Of a DNA stretch of 64,000 nucleotides, positions 29,451 through 39,499 are shown piece by piece. The position numbers and the translations under genes are program-made. This stretch comes from a virus (lineage: Duplodnaviria > Caudoviricetes). The notes beneath the pieces were generated by a model, which saw only the letters and a list, made by a program, of their open reading frames with translations, made no database searches and was not told the origin of the DNA. Within the stretch, counting starts at the first letter, position 1; every line of letters begins with the position of its first letter. Location of the stretch: positions 16,651-80,650 of the IMG/VR virus record IMGVR_UViG_2706795958_000001, one strand, 5' to 3'.

Positions 29451-29972
29451 TCACGGCCAAGTATTGTTGAGTTTAAATTCATCAAACGTGGTGCTGTACA
29501 CCCTGCCCTTGATTGAATTGTACATACGGTCCACCATTTCTAGCATACGGTCTGGAATCGAACGCCTGTACTTATATTCGCCTTCAATTTCAATAAGAAT
29601 CATTCCAGGAACATGTGCGCCCTGCTCGACAATATTAGAGGTAACTGACAGAACATTCCTGTCATTGTCGATAAGGAGACCCTGCAATGAATCCTCGGTG
29701 AGCTTCTGCATATTAGTCGCGTCAGCTTCTTTGGAATTAGGATCCATATTGCGCCAGAACCAAAACTCGATTCTATATGGTGCTGTTAGCATCTCAGCAC
29801 CTTGCGCTACTAGTTCCTCACGCACCGCTTCTTTGAAATCATGACCAGCTTCATCCCTGCCGGAATGCACCTTTAGCGCTCCGCTAGCAGACTTTCCAAC
29901 AGAATATGGTGGTGTCTTCCACGGCCTAGGGTTAACTGGAACTAAGTAATGCCTAACTTGCCTGACTGACAT
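29451..29972 (-). CDS. RusA-like Holliday junction resolvase
   Basis: DA.NMQK..EDSLQG...DND..V resembles the RusA D.DN..K...DAL....DD catalytic pattern. Confidence 0.7.
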   Translation of the reverse strand: MSVRQVRHYLVPVNPRPWKTPPYSVGKSASGALKVHSGRDEAGHDFKEAVREELVAQGAEMLTAPYRIEFWFWRNMDPNSKEADATNMQKLTEDSLQGLLIDNDRNVLSVTSNIVEQGAHVPGMILIEIEGEYKYRRSIPDRMLEMVDRMYNSIKGRVYSTTFDEFKLNNTWP

Positions 29973-30102
29973 TTACATACTCGATCCTGTTGCGGTTGAT
30001 ACGACTAGCCACACGAAAAAGATTACAATTATTAGTGCAACTATTACCGTGCCGATTGCGGTAAGTATCGCACAAAGCATTCCGAGAGCTTTAGACCAAG
30101 GT

Positions 30103-31212
30103 TTATCCATCACTGCTCCATCTTTGAGATACCCATGCCTGATACGGTTCACAGCTAATGTAATTGATTTTTGTATTCTCTTTATTGTAATGCAGCTTTC
30201 CTGTATGTCTAGGAGTATTGGTTACCGCTCTGAGTAGGTAATTGGGATCATAAGAAACAACACTAGCATAGTCATGAACAGCAAAGCCTGGTACCTCGAT
30301 AACATCTTGAGCAATGTCACCGGCCTTGCCCTTCATACTAATAAAAATACTCTCATTAAGCATCATAAGCTTAACAACAGGATTCTCTGTCTGACCAACA
30401 GAGTTAATCATTGTAGTCAAAGCGTTTGCCATGACCTCATTATTAAACTCTAGGTAATGATCATATTGCGTCTGCATTGTTCTGACCGCAACTGCCGGAC
30501 TCTGAGTGAATGCCCTAATGAATATCTGGGAATACTCATCAGGAATGATACCAATATTATTGTTGTCGATGATCACCGGTACGTCAGGAATTGCCTTAAT
30601 CATTGGTGTGATGATCTTGTGCGGGAATGTAATCGGCCTACCTTTTGCAGGCGGGAAGTCCAGAGGTAGCATTGCAGCCCTAAAGCTATTGGTTGCAATG
30701 ATGTAGTCTCCATCTAGGCAGACACCTTGGAATTCAGGTCTAACGCTTTCCGATCCCAATGCTGCGGCCCATTGCACCTGATCAATTTTGGAATAAAACT
30801 CAGGAATAATAGTTGCATCATCTTCGCTGAAAGGTTCCCAGTGCGGGTATTCCATACCCTCAATAAGTGAGACCTTGTGAACCTTCTTATTGTGGCGAAG
30901 TGTTAGCATACCATTATCATCGGAGAACGTGACATTCATTCCGCTACCGATAGGTAGACCTGAACACCATTTAGATATACGGTCGGTAAAATGCCATTCC
31001 CAACTACCACCAGAATACTCTAGTGAATTTGACCATTGAGTGTAGAAAATCTGTCCGTCGGTACTGCGGACAACAATACTCCCATCATCGAGAATCTGCA
31101 TGTAAATACCTGGCGTAAATGAATAAGCGCTAGTCCCCTCTTTGGGGGAAATTCGTGCAGCATTCTTAAGTACGTCGGCAATAGTGCTGTTCTCAAATAC
31201 GATGTGGCTCAT
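30103..31212 (-). CDS. dnaN: DNA polymerase III beta sliding clamp-like protein
   Basis: 369 aa; EYP.W, RPEFQGV....IATN.FR, YDPNYLLRA match beta-clamp motifs. Confidence 0.75.
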   Translation of the reverse strand: MSHIVFENSTIADVLKNAARISPKEGTSAYSFTPGIYMQILDDGSIVVRSTDGQIFYTQWSNSLEYSGGSWEWHFTDRISKWCSGLPIGSGMNVTFSDDNGMLTLRHNKKVHKVSLIEGMEYPHWEPFSEDDATIIPEFYSKIDQVQWAAALGSESVRPEFQGVCLDGDYIIATNSFRAAMLPLDFPPAKGRPITFPHKIITPMIKAIPDVPVIIDNNNIGIIPDEYSQIFIRAFTQSPAVAVRTMQTQYDHYLEFNNEVMANALTTMINSVGQTENPVVKLMMLNESIFISMKGKAGDIAQDVIEVPGFAVHDYASVVSYDPNYLLRAVTNTPRHTGKLHYNKENTKINYISCEPYQAWVSQRWSSDG

Positions 31213-31403
31213 GGGCAGGTTTCACGTCCCAGATATTACTAAAGTGGTCATAACCTGGATATTTTTCAGCCTCTACCTTAGGATGAGGCATACCCCTTGT
31301 TCCGTCAGCATTGATGATTGGATTTACGTGAGGATTGATTGCATCTTCATACGTTGCGTACAATCCTCTAAAGATATTATCCTCAAATAGCATGTACATA
31401 TAC

Positions 31404-32057
31404 TCACCAACCTCCCATAATAAAGTCCGCGTCAAAGAAAACATCCTTGTAGAAGCGCAATTCAGCCAGACTATCTCGGCAGTCATCGAGAACACGGTGA
31501 GATTTCTTAGGCGTAATCTCTTCGTCACGCTTAACCGTAGCCTCGGGCACCCACCAGGACGCTAGGGTCTTAACAGTAGAAATATCTACATTTCGGTAAT
31601 GGAAACATCCAGTGCTAAGCTCCGGCATCTTCAAGTCAATGAACTTGCGGTCGAAGTGGACGGAACTACCTACGGCTGGGCTGGATTGCTTACCCTTGCC
31701 GATATTGTAATCTTTAAGCCATGCAATAGCTTCTTGTTCAATCTGGGCCAGGTCTTTACGATAACCTTGCTCATGCCAGCTACGAATATGAGCAGCAAGA
31801 CCACTGGCTACATGCATGTCCCACACAATATGCTGATCCATATTCTTGCCCTGAGCCTCGGCCCAATTAGCCTTAATCCACGCTGCGGTCTGTTCCAGAT
31901 AATTCAGATGCTCAATAACTACATCATTAACCACGACGGCAGAAAAGTCGCTAACCTCTTCAAAGGTATCACGATCAAAGATAATCATTCCGACTTCTAG
32001 GACAACGTTCTCAATAGGGTTGAGTCCGGTGGTTTCGATATCAACCGCTAGTGCGTA
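31404..32057 (-). CDS. orn: Oligoribonuclease-like DEDDh 3'-5' exonuclease
   Basis: VDIETTGL, LEVG.I, GSSVHFDRKFI..MP, FHYR.VDIST, HR.LDD..DS..EL. Confidence 0.82.
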   Translation of the reverse strand, partial: YALAVDIETTGLNPIENVVLEVGMIIFDRDTFEEVSDFSAVVVNDVVIEHLNYLEQTAAWIKANWAEAQGKNMDQHIVWDMHVASGLAAHIRSWHEQGYRKDLAQIEQEAIAWLKDYNIGKGKQSSPAVGSSVHFDRKFIDLKMPELSTGCFHYRNVDISTVKTLASWWVPEATVKRDEEITPKKSHRVLDDCRDSLAELRFYKDVFFDADFIMGGW

Positions 32058-32067
32058 ATTAGGCATA

Positions 32068-32289
32068 TCAATCCTTCTTTCCATACATGCTATGTGCTAG
32101 TGCTAGGATGTTTTCTTTGGGAATCCGCCATCGTCCACCAATCTTAAAGGCTTCTGGTAACTGATTCTCTTTCAGCCATTTGAGCGCGGTCGGGCGAGTA
32201 ATACGGAAGAATTCCGCTAACTCATCTACCGTGCAAAGTTCTGGCATGGTCTCAACACTAAGACCTTCCGTGCCATTCTCTTTAGACAT
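32068..32289 (-). CDS. Helix-turn-helix (excisionase/MerR-like HTH_17) DNA-binding protein
   Basis: LCTVDELAEFFRI...T..KW....LP.AFKIGG.WRIP. Confidence 0.8.
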   Translation of the reverse strand: MSKENGTEGLSVETMPELCTVDELAEFFRITRPTALKWLKENQLPEAFKIGGRWRIPKENILALAHSMYGKKD

Positions 32290-33772
32290 ACTTGTTTTTC
32301 TCTTCTCTCAAAGCTTGCTTAATTGCGGCCTGCGTCAGTGAATCAAGCTCCGAATCAAGTTCAATCAGCTTGTTGCTGATCTTGGTTTTATTATCCAGGA
32401 TTTTCTCTACTCTCTCTTCTACAGTATCCCTTGCTAGATAGTCGATAATGGTAACTGGCTTTGTCTTATCCGCACCAATTCGATGTAGCCGGTCTACTGC
32501 CTGTTTATTTAGAGATGGATTCCACAGCTTGTCAATACGCTGACCATATCTACCTGCTGTCATATTCAGTCCAACACCGGCAACCTGGTACATGCAAATA
32601 ATGATCCCAGGTGTCTTATCGTTGGCCCATGCATCCACTACGCTTTGACGTTCATCAATATCAACGTCACCATTGAGCACGTATATCGGATACTTAAAGC
32701 TTCTACGATTAGTTAGGCGGTCAATGTATGCTTGCTGAACATCTCGGAACTGAGTAAAAGCTACAAGCCTCTCGCCACCGCTGCAAATATCCTCAGCATC
32801 CCATTCGGCCATATCCAACTTACCGGAATCATCCTTATTGCTGAACGCTGCCGTAGTTCCACAGACTTGTTTAAGCCTAAGAAACTTAGTAAGGTGATTC
32901 TGAATTTCCTCTACCTGTCCGTCGTCAGAGGTTAGTTGCATATTAGACACAACCTCTTTGTAAATCTTGATCTGAGAATTGATCAGGTCAACGGTACGGG
33001 TAGTGTATGTAACCTCTGGCAAATCCAGAACATCTTCTTTAAGCCTGCGCACCATTACATCTTGTAATCGTGCCCTAAGCTCAGCTTCATTCTTGATACC
33101 GGTAATTTGCTTGTCCATGTATCCGCCATATGTAGCATAGCGTTGCAGGAAAGCGTAGTAATTCTCAATTTCATTTGGGGCAATCCTTTTCAGGAGAGAC
33201 CACAAATCATTGACATGATTAAGGATAGGAGAACCGGTCAAAAGGATGGAGCGTCTAGTGGATAGTTTCAGTGCAGCTTGCGTACGCTTAGCTCTATGAT
33301 TCTTAATCATATGAGCCTCGTCAAAGATCACCATGTCCCAGCTAATATCACAGTAATCCTTACTCATTCCGACCAGTTGTTCGTAGTTGGTAATGAGCAC
33401 GCGCGGCCCGTCTGCTGCTGCAAAGTCCTGTAGATTCTTACGCTTAGCCTCTTTGGTAAGGGCTTTACCTGTGGTATCGGTGCGAATAACCATCACCTTA
33501 ATACCCCTGGTAAACTTAAGAATCTCGTTTTCCCAGTTTGTTTTCAGGCTCGCTGGGCAAACAATCAAGCACTTGCTGCTATATCCCCTAATAACATCTG
33601 CCGCGAACAGTGTAATAGCCTGCAATGATTTACCTAGACCCATATCATCTGCGAGCAATACCGAACGCATTTTAATCATGCGACGGATTCCCTCAATTTG
33701 ATGTGGATAGTAAGTCAGTTCATCGGGAATGTATGGCTCTAGAGACTTACGCGGAGGCAGTGCTAGTGTCAT
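32282..33772 (-). CDS. SNF2-family helicase/ATPase
   Basis: LADDMGLGKS, DEAH, LTGSP, QAVDRLHRIG. Confidence 0.93.
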   Translation of the reverse strand: MTLALPPRKSLEPYIPDELTYYPHQIEGIRRMIKMRSVLLADDMGLGKSLQAITLFAADVIRGYSSKCLIVCPASLKTNWENEILKFTRGIKVMVIRTDTTGKALTKEAKRKNLQDFAAADGPRVLITNYEQLVGMSKDYCDISWDMVIFDEAHMIKNHRAKRTQAALKLSTRRSILLTGSPILNHVNDLWSLLKRIAPNEIENYYAFLQRYATYGGYMDKQITGIKNEAELRARLQDVMVRRLKEDVLDLPEVTYTTRTVDLINSQIKIYKEVVSNMQLTSDDGQVEEIQNHLTKFLRLKQVCGTTAAFSNKDDSGKLDMAEWDAEDICSGGERLVAFTQFRDVQQAYIDRLTNRRSFKYPIYVLNGDVDIDERQSVVDAWANDKTPGIIICMYQVAGVGLNMTAGRYGQRIDKLWNPSLNKQAVDRLHRIGADKTKPVTIIDYLARDTVEERVEKILDNKTKISNKLIELDSELDSLTQAAIKQALREEKNKYV

Positions 33773-33971
33773 GTGCTGGATACTCCTGCGGCTTCTTAGC
33801 GAATTTCCTCAGACAGGTAGCTGAGCAGATATGGAATACTAGAGTATTCTTGGTCTCAATAATATACCATCCGTCTTCTTGTGCCTTGAAGTTGGCGTCT
33901 GCCGGGGAAATTCCAACAACTGAGTTCTTATTACATACGTCGCAGTAAATAGCGCTGACTTTTTGTTTCAC
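33747..33971 (-). CDS. Small zinc-binding protein
   Basis: CDVC...HICSATC. Confidence 0.55.
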   Translation of the reverse strand: MKQKVSAIYCDVCNKNSVVGISPADANFKAQEDGWYIIETKNTLVFHICSATCLRKFAKKPQEYPAHDTSTASA

Positions 33972-34678
33972 GGTGAAACCCTACCGTTGATACAGAATGT
34001 CGTATGCGTTAGTGGCATTTCTTCTGCAAAGATTTTTTCCATTTCCTTTGCTACTAATTCAATCTCATACTGTGGATAGCTTGGAAAGTGAGAGCCATTA
34101 TCCTTTGTCCGAAGACTTAGGAAATTCATTAGCCCGCGAGCATTCATGGTGACATAGAAGCTAGTGTAGATATTTACAGGCAATACCATGCGTGCAACTT
34201 CTTTAGCGACACCGAGATCCAGCATCCGCTGGTAGGAAGCGTAAGCTTGCTTGGAGCAATCTTCAATTTCCTCATTAACTGCAACTGTCTGAGGTCCGGT
34301 ACCAGGTTCAAAATGGTAGTGTCCCGGTTTACCTACCTGTTGCAAGGGCCGAACAATACTAGGCGTATAGAATACCGGCTGCAATTCCTTATACCGGCCT
34401 GACATTTCGTTATACGATGCCATGCGATGACGAATAAACTCACGCATAACAAAGATTGGACACTCAATATAGAACTTAAATACAGCTTGCTCAAACGGTG
34501 AGCCATGACGATTCTTCATAAGGAAATTAATAAACCCCGAACTAGCCTCAGTATCGGTTAGTGTTGGGTCGTTTTCACCAATTGTAGAAACCTTGGCAGC
34601 TTGAATAACCATGGCATCGTTAGCCATTTCATCAACAAGCTTTACGGTCATTTCTCGTCGAAAAATAATATCATTCAT
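33968..34678 (-). CDS. thyX: Flavin-dependent thymidylate synthase
   Basis: HGSPFE, REFIRHRMASYNEMSGRY, ARMVLP, NFL.LR, QYEI. Confidence 0.97.
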   Translation of the reverse strand: MNDIIFRREMTVKLVDEMANDAMVIQAAKVSTIGENDPTLTDTEASSGFINFLMKNRHGSPFEQAVFKFYIECPIFVMREFIRHRMASYNEMSGRYKELQPVFYTPSIVRPLQQVGKPGHYHFEPGTGPQTVAVNEEIEDCSKQAYASYQRMLDLGVAKEVARMVLPVNIYTSFYVTMNARGLMNFLSLRTKDNGSHFPSYPQYEIELVAKEMEKIFAEEMPLTHTTFCINGRVSP

Positions 34679-34864
34679 AGGTTATTTACCTTCTCTAGTT
34701 CTGAAAGCTTTAATACATACTTCGCAATCGGGTCGTTTACTAACATATTTAAATCGACCGTACTCTAGCCTTCGACCGCAATATGTTCGACCACCACCCG
34801 CTCTAGCGTGTAGCCTATTTCCTTTGTTGTATAGAACAGCCTCGGGCATCATGTCTCCTGTCTG

Positions 34865-35392
34865 TTAAGGATAATCTGGAAATGAATTGGGATACAGCTT
34901 GGTGACCTGTCCGCTACTTCGCCATGGCTTTATGCCCGGACCTTTTAATACACTAGGCTTTACGTTCACTGGCTCAGCCTTAATGTCTTTAAACAGCTCA
35001 TTAAGCGGTCTTGTGGGAATGGGGTCACGCTTTTTATATTCCCTACCCATTCTAATTATCCACTGCTGTTCGGATTCATCATACCAGCGGCCAATTTCCT
35101 TGGGGCCGACCCAAATGGTTTCTTCTGGAATTCTATTGCCTCTACGCCAATTACATCTAGAGTGTGCTGGTCTCCAGTTAACAGAATAATCTTGCAAATC
35201 CCATCCGAGAGATTTTGGAATGTAATGATCCAGTGACCATGCCCAAACGTCTTTTTTCTGCTTGGAGTGTACCGGTCTGTATTTGGATTTATAGTCTATT
35301 GGCTCATTACATATCCAGCATGGAAGATTCTGTTCCCTGCAAAAAGTATAGAATTCCTTTTTATTTAGGTCTCTAGGCCATTCGTCATACAA
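34865..35392 (-). CDS. HNH endonuclease
   Basis: CWIC...LDH.IP...N..PAH..CN..RG. Confidence 0.88.
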   Translation of the reverse strand: MYDEWPRDLNKKEFYTFCREQNLPCWICNEPIDYKSKYRPVHSKQKKDVWAWSLDHYIPKSLGWDLQDYSVNWRPAHSRCNWRRGNRIPEETIWVGPKEIGRWYDESEQQWIIRMGREYKKRDPIPTRPLNELFKDIKAEPVNVKPSVLKGPGIKPWRSSGQVTKLYPNSFPDYP

Positions 35393-35695
35393 TTACTCAT
35401 CCTCGGGTGCATCAACCTCAGGCTCAGTAGGCTCAGGAGTAACCGTCTCGGTTTCGGTCTCGGTAACCTTGACAGTCTCGGTAACAGTTTCCTCGGGTGC
35501 TGCATTACCGGGATCAACAGCCGGGTCGCCCCCGACCATCGGGATGAATGGCGGGCATGGTGCGGTACCACCTTCGATAACCATGACGCACGGCTTGGCC
35601 GGTGCGGGATCATCGCTAACAAGAGCGGTACCAACCGCTGCAAAAACAACGGAAGATGCGGCGGCAATCGGAACAACGAGCTTCTTAATATTCAT
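35393..35695 (-). CDS. Secreted or membrane-anchored small protein
   Basis: N-terminal signal-like hydrophobic stretch, two Cys, Thr/Glu/Pro-rich tail. Confidence 0.6.
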   Translation of the reverse strand: MNIKKLVVPIAAASSVVFAAVGTALVSDDPAPAKPCVMVIEGGTAPCPPFIPMVGGDPAVDPGNAAPEETVTETVKVTETETETVTPEPTEPEVDAPEDE

Positions 35696-35934
35696 AACGT
35701 TTCTCTTTTCTGCAATGTGTTAATAAAAGGGAGGGGTAGGTCATGTGTATCTCAACGAAATTCCGCGCCCAGTACTCGCCTAACGCGCAAATACACATCG
35801 TTACCGCAAGTTCGACCTACGCCCTTTTTAAACCGGGTTGGAATGCACTCCCATGAAAACACATGGATCGTGAACCAGCCTTACGAATACATTCCCATTA
35901 CCGGCATGGGACGACCCGGTTAGACGATTAATGC

Positions 35935-36705
35935 CTAGAAAGGCATGTCATCGTCATCTGCTGCTGCCGGTGCCGTAGCCGGGGCCGCTGGCGGTGCTGC
36001 CGGGGGAGCGCTCGGGGGCGCTACAGCGGCGGGCGGGGCTGACGGCGGGGCTGCGGGCGGGGCGGCAGGTGCAGCGGCAGGCGGGGCGCTTGGGGGCGCT
36101 GCCGGTGCCGATGCGGGAGGCGCGCTCGGCGGGGCGCTCGGGGGCGCTGCCGGGGGAGCCGATGCAGTCGGAGCGCTCGGGGGCGCACTCGGCTGCGTTG
36201 CAGGTACCTGCGAAACAGGGGGATTAGCCGCCGTATTGTTCATGGCAATACCGGTAAGCTTGGACCCACGAATTTCTTCGTAAGTCTTCATCTGACGGGT
36301 AACGCGCTCATCAACAAAAACGTTGGGCTGATTAGTAACCCACTGCTTTGCATAGTTGGCCCATTCGCCTTCAAGCTGGGAAAGATTCAGGTAGTCATTC
36401 CCAGTCTTAGACTTCTTCCAATCCATCTGAATTGCAACGGCCTTGCCGATATACCGGCTAAGGTTATCGACAACCTGCTTATTCATCCAGAGAACACTCA
36501 GGTACTTGTCCTGTGATTGCAGGTCAAGAATATCAAGAATCAGTCCCATTTCTCCCTCGGGAGACTTAGAATGCTGAGTCTTAATCGGACCAACCTCATC
36601 GACAACATAGACCAGCAAAGGACGAGTTGCCAAATCCTTTGCCTTAATACGGTCACCGTTTTCAACGAGTGCTGACCCTGAGAATTCTTCCAGTTCCATT
36701 GACAT
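35935..36705 (-). CDS. SSB-like protein with Pro/Ala linker and acidic SSB C-terminal tip
   Basis: OB-like N-terminus, long AAPPSAPP repeats, ends DDDDMPF (cf. bacterial SSB DDDIPF). Confidence 0.65.
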   Translation of the reverse strand: MSMELEEFSGSALVENGDRIKAKDLATRPLLVYVVDEVGPIKTQHSKSPEGEMGLILDILDLQSQDKYLSVLWMNKQVVDNLSRYIGKAVAIQMDWKKSKTGNDYLNLSQLEGEWANYAKQWVTNQPNVFVDERVTRQMKTYEEIRGSKLTGIAMNNTAANPPVSQVPATQPSAPPSAPTASAPPAAPPSAPPSAPPASAPAAPPSAPPAAAPAAPPAAPPSAPPAAVAPPSAPPAAPPAAPATAPAAADDDDMPF

Positions 36706-36829
36706 GGATTTCTTCTTTCTTTTTTCTTTTCCATACTGCACGTAATTACTTACGCGCTCCCCCCTATCCAGGTCGGGGTCGGGGAGGGGTCTGTGAGCAT
36801 GGTGTTAGCTGGTCTTACGACGCTGTTAG

Positions 36830-37537
36830 CTAGTCTCCCATGCTCATGGGAGTGAGCGTACCGGATCGCGGGGGCGCTGGCAAGGCCGCTGCCTCAAATT
36901 CATCCCGGACCTGGGTAAATAGCTCTTTGAAAACCGAAGACATGGTAGCGGTATTAGCGACAATACCGTGCTTGCCCAATGTTCCAAATGACGGCACAGA
37001 ATAGCGATTACCGTCATTTTCCTGTCCACGCAATTCCAAAACAGTCGAATAAATATAGGGTGGATTTACCTTACCCATCTTAGCAAAGACCTCACCCACA
37101 GGTTTCTTTGCAGAGCGGTTCAAGCGCAAGACCTGGACGGAATTACGCCATCCCGATTCGGTATGCCAGGGATTTACATCATGGACATTAATGAACGGTA
37201 GAATGAATACCTTACCGCATGGCTGTTTACGATCATGCCAATCACGGAATGAACATGTAGCACAGAGTCCAATTTCAGGCAGATTGGTAACCTGGGCACC
37301 ATACTGAGTGCGATATCCAATGATATTATTGGGAGACTTGCATACAGGAATCATTCTAGGCTTATTATTATCGCCCGGCTTTTCCATAGGCCACCCTATG
37401 CGCTGTTCAAATACACCCAACAGTACGATGGGCGCTTTATTGAACTCATTGGTGCCGTCGGTGAATACAGACTTCTTATGGTTAATTGTCCAAACAGGAT
37501 ATTCGGATTTATCAGGTGTAAACGACTCTAGTTCCAT
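36830..37537 (-). CDS. Hypothetical protein (CxxC...C), replication/recombination module
   Basis: CKS.N...G, CATC.F..W...PC; adjacent to the SSB-like gene. Confidence 0.6.
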   Translation of the reverse strand: MELESFTPDKSEYPVWTINHKKSVFTDGTNEFNKAPIVLLGVFEQRIGWPMEKPGDNNKPRMIPVCKSPNNIIGYRTQYGAQVTNLPEIGLCATCSFRDWHDRKQPCGKVFILPFINVHDVNPWHTESGWRNSVQVLRLNRSAKKPVGEVFAKMGKVNPPYIYSTVLELRGQENDGNRYSVPSFGTLGKHGIVANTATMSSVFKELFTQVRDEFEAAALPAPPRSGTLTPMSMGD

Positions 37538-37538
37538 G

Positions 37539-38036
37539 CTACCTCATACGCTTAATCTTATTCTTCACTGCTGCCTTGTTGAATGCACGAACATCGTCTT
37601 CGCGCTTAGCGCGCTTTTTGAGACGCTTATCCTCTTCATTAAGCTGACGCAATCCCTTTTTGAGACCATCGGCAGTAAGACAGATAAATCGGTGAGGCTT
37701 ATCCTCAGAGATATCAACGTATCCAATTGCCTGCATCTTTTTAAGACAGCGCCATACAGCATCGGAACTGGTAGAGCGTCCGTCCAGTTGCTCGGCGCGT
37801 CTTGCAATATGTTCGGCTGTACAGTCGGCAATAGACATTAGAGGGGAAAACATCTCATCATCGGATTCTCCAACAAGCCACTCTTTGATGATGTAGTCTA
37901 CTAAAATTTCAAGTTCACCCTTTCGCCTGCGTCCATCGGCGGTCTCGGGAAAGGTGGGAATCTCTGGCACATTCCAGTCCCACACTTCGGTGTAATCTGG
38001 TCTACCGTATTGGTCTGTCTTTTGAATAAGACTCAT
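37539..38036 (-). CDS. Hypothetical protein, possible winged helix
   Basis: SS.AV.RCLKKM..IGYV.I pattern. Confidence 0.55.
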   Translation of the reverse strand: MSLIQKTDQYGRPDYTEVWDWNVPEIPTFPETADGRRRKGELEILVDYIIKEWLVGESDDEMFSPLMSIADCTAEHIARRAEQLDGRSTSSDAVWRCLKKMQAIGYVDISEDKPHRFICLTADGLKKGLRQLNEEDKRLKKRAKREDDVRAFNKAAVKNKIKRMR

Positions 38037-38428
38037 AGCAATGACTCCATTCCGTGCGTATGCGGCCAGGGACCGTAATCAATTACCTGAATTCCAGCTT
38101 TTCTAGCGGCATTCATGCAATGTATAGTACCTCTTGAATCTTCAAGCGGAAAAGCTAAAACAATATCTGGCTTCATTTCTATCATGGCTAGGTTGCGAAT
38201 CATTCCAGCACGATTGCCGTACTTTTCCCATTCGGCCCGAACTCCAAGTACAGGAATTCCAAGTCCCCATGCGATGCCTCTAGCAATAATATCGGCGCCA
38301 CGCGGGTTTTCACCTTCAATAATGAGATAATCGAGAGGCTTTGATACATCAATACAGTCAGTAATTGCTGAGTAAATTAGAGTACTAGAGGTCCAATTAC
38401 GAGAACCTGTCACGAGAATCTTTTTCAT
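38033..38428 (-). CDS. SLOG-superfamily protein (DUF2493/YspA-like)
   Basis: ILVTGSRNW, G..RGAD..A, AEW..YG.RAG..RN..M, AFP...SRGT. Confidence 0.85.
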   Translation of the reverse strand: MKKILVTGSRNWTSSTLIYSAITDCIDVSKPLDYLIIEGENPRGADIIARGIAWGLGIPVLGVRAEWEKYGNRAGMIRNLAMIEMKPDIVLAFPLEDSRGTIHCMNAARKAGIQVIDYGPWPHTHGMESLL

Positions 38429-38796
38429 GACAGATGCAACCTTTCCAATAGTGTGGGTGCATATTTACGAGTGTAAGTATTATTGATAAAATCAATCAAA
38501 CCTTTATCGTCACCATCAATAATTAGACGCAGGAGTCTAACATCAATACCGGTCTTATAATTTTTACCGTCACTATGTCCATGAACCTCAAGCTTCTGCG
38601 TAACATGTGGACCGTACCTGATCAGACTATCTATACGTGCAGTAATGCCATCGCTTGCGGCAATACTATGATCGAATTCATGCTTTTCTATTGCCTGATC
38701 AAATAGGATGCCTTTATGCGTATCGGCGGAGATACAAAAATCGCAATCGGATTCTATACATTGATAGGTGGTTGTGTGCTTGGTGATACCTCTCAT
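38425..38796 (-). CDS. Hypothetical protein (C2H2-like N-terminus)
   Basis: CIESDC...H..H; coupled ORF. Confidence 0.55.
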   Translation of the reverse strand: MRGITKHTTTYQCIESDCDFCISADTHKGILFDQAIEKHEFDHSIAASDGITARIDSLIRYGPHVTQKLEVHGHSDGKNYKTGIDVRLLRLIIDGDDKGLIDFINNTYTRKYAPTLLERLHLS

Positions 38797-39179
38797 GATT
38801 TGCCTTCCATTTTGCGCAGCGCTGACTTCTGATAAATCTGTGCAATAAATGCTTCAATGGCTGCCGCCATAACCACAGCGGACTGTAGCAAAACCTTTTC
38901 GGTACAATCACACCCTTCAATCCAGAGGGTATCCGAACTGCTGTCCCAGGAAATTCCGTGATTAATATTGTCATCAATAGCTTTAATATCAACAATGTCA
39001 TCTGTTACAGTAACAGTGGAAATACTATTCAAATACTCCTTAGCAGCTTTATCGCCATTGATTGCAAAATCAATAAGCATACGGGTTAGGTGAATCTGAT
39101 TACTAGCTGTCAGCGGATCATTTTCATTTGTAAGCGCACCAATAAGATCAGTAACGTCTGCGTTCTTCTTATCGTTCAT
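38793..39179 (-). CDS. Hypothetical protein
   Basis: Coupled ORF. Confidence 0.55.
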   Translation of the reverse strand: MNDKKNADVTDLIGALTNENDPLTASNQIHLTRMLIDFAINGDKAAKEYLNSISTVTVTDDIVDIKAIDDNINHGISWDSSSDTLWIEGCDCTEKVLLQSAVVMAAAIEAFIAQIYQKSALRKMEGKS

Positions 39180-39499
39180 TTATTAATCTCCACCCACTTG
39201 TCGGTGTTCTTGACCTTACGCTGGAAAACTAGCTCAGGATTGCGGTGCTGTTCATAATACCGCTCAGCCGATTCTAGTGTCTTGAAGAATTTATACACAC
39301 CATCATTGGCGTCGACCTCTACGCCTACACGGTACTGATATTCGTCGCTGTCATCGTAATCACGGTGGCGCACCTTGTGCTGTCCGAAGTGTACGGAGCA
39401 CGGTACTCGCATCTTTCCGGTCTGATATCCGCCGTGATGATATAGACTCAGTTCTACTTCGCATCCGCATTCAAGTTTACAGTTACTTAGTGTTGTCAT
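39176..39499 (-). CDS. Hypothetical protein
   Basis: Coupled ORF with a Cys/His cluster. Confidence 0.55.
   Translation of the reverse strand: MTTLSNCKLECGCEVELSLYHHGGYQTGKMRVPCSVHFGQHKVRHRDYDDSDEYQYRVGVEVDANDGVYKFFKTLESAERYYEQHRNPELVFQRKVKNTDKWVEINK

Noticed and set aside
34865-35392. HNH as a mobile intron or intein-associated homing endonuclease
   Set aside because: Free-standing between intact genes; no split host gene or group I intron core recognised
35945-36283. Gly/Ala-rich + strand ORF
   Set aside because: Antisense shadow of the Pro/Ala linker of the SSB-like gene
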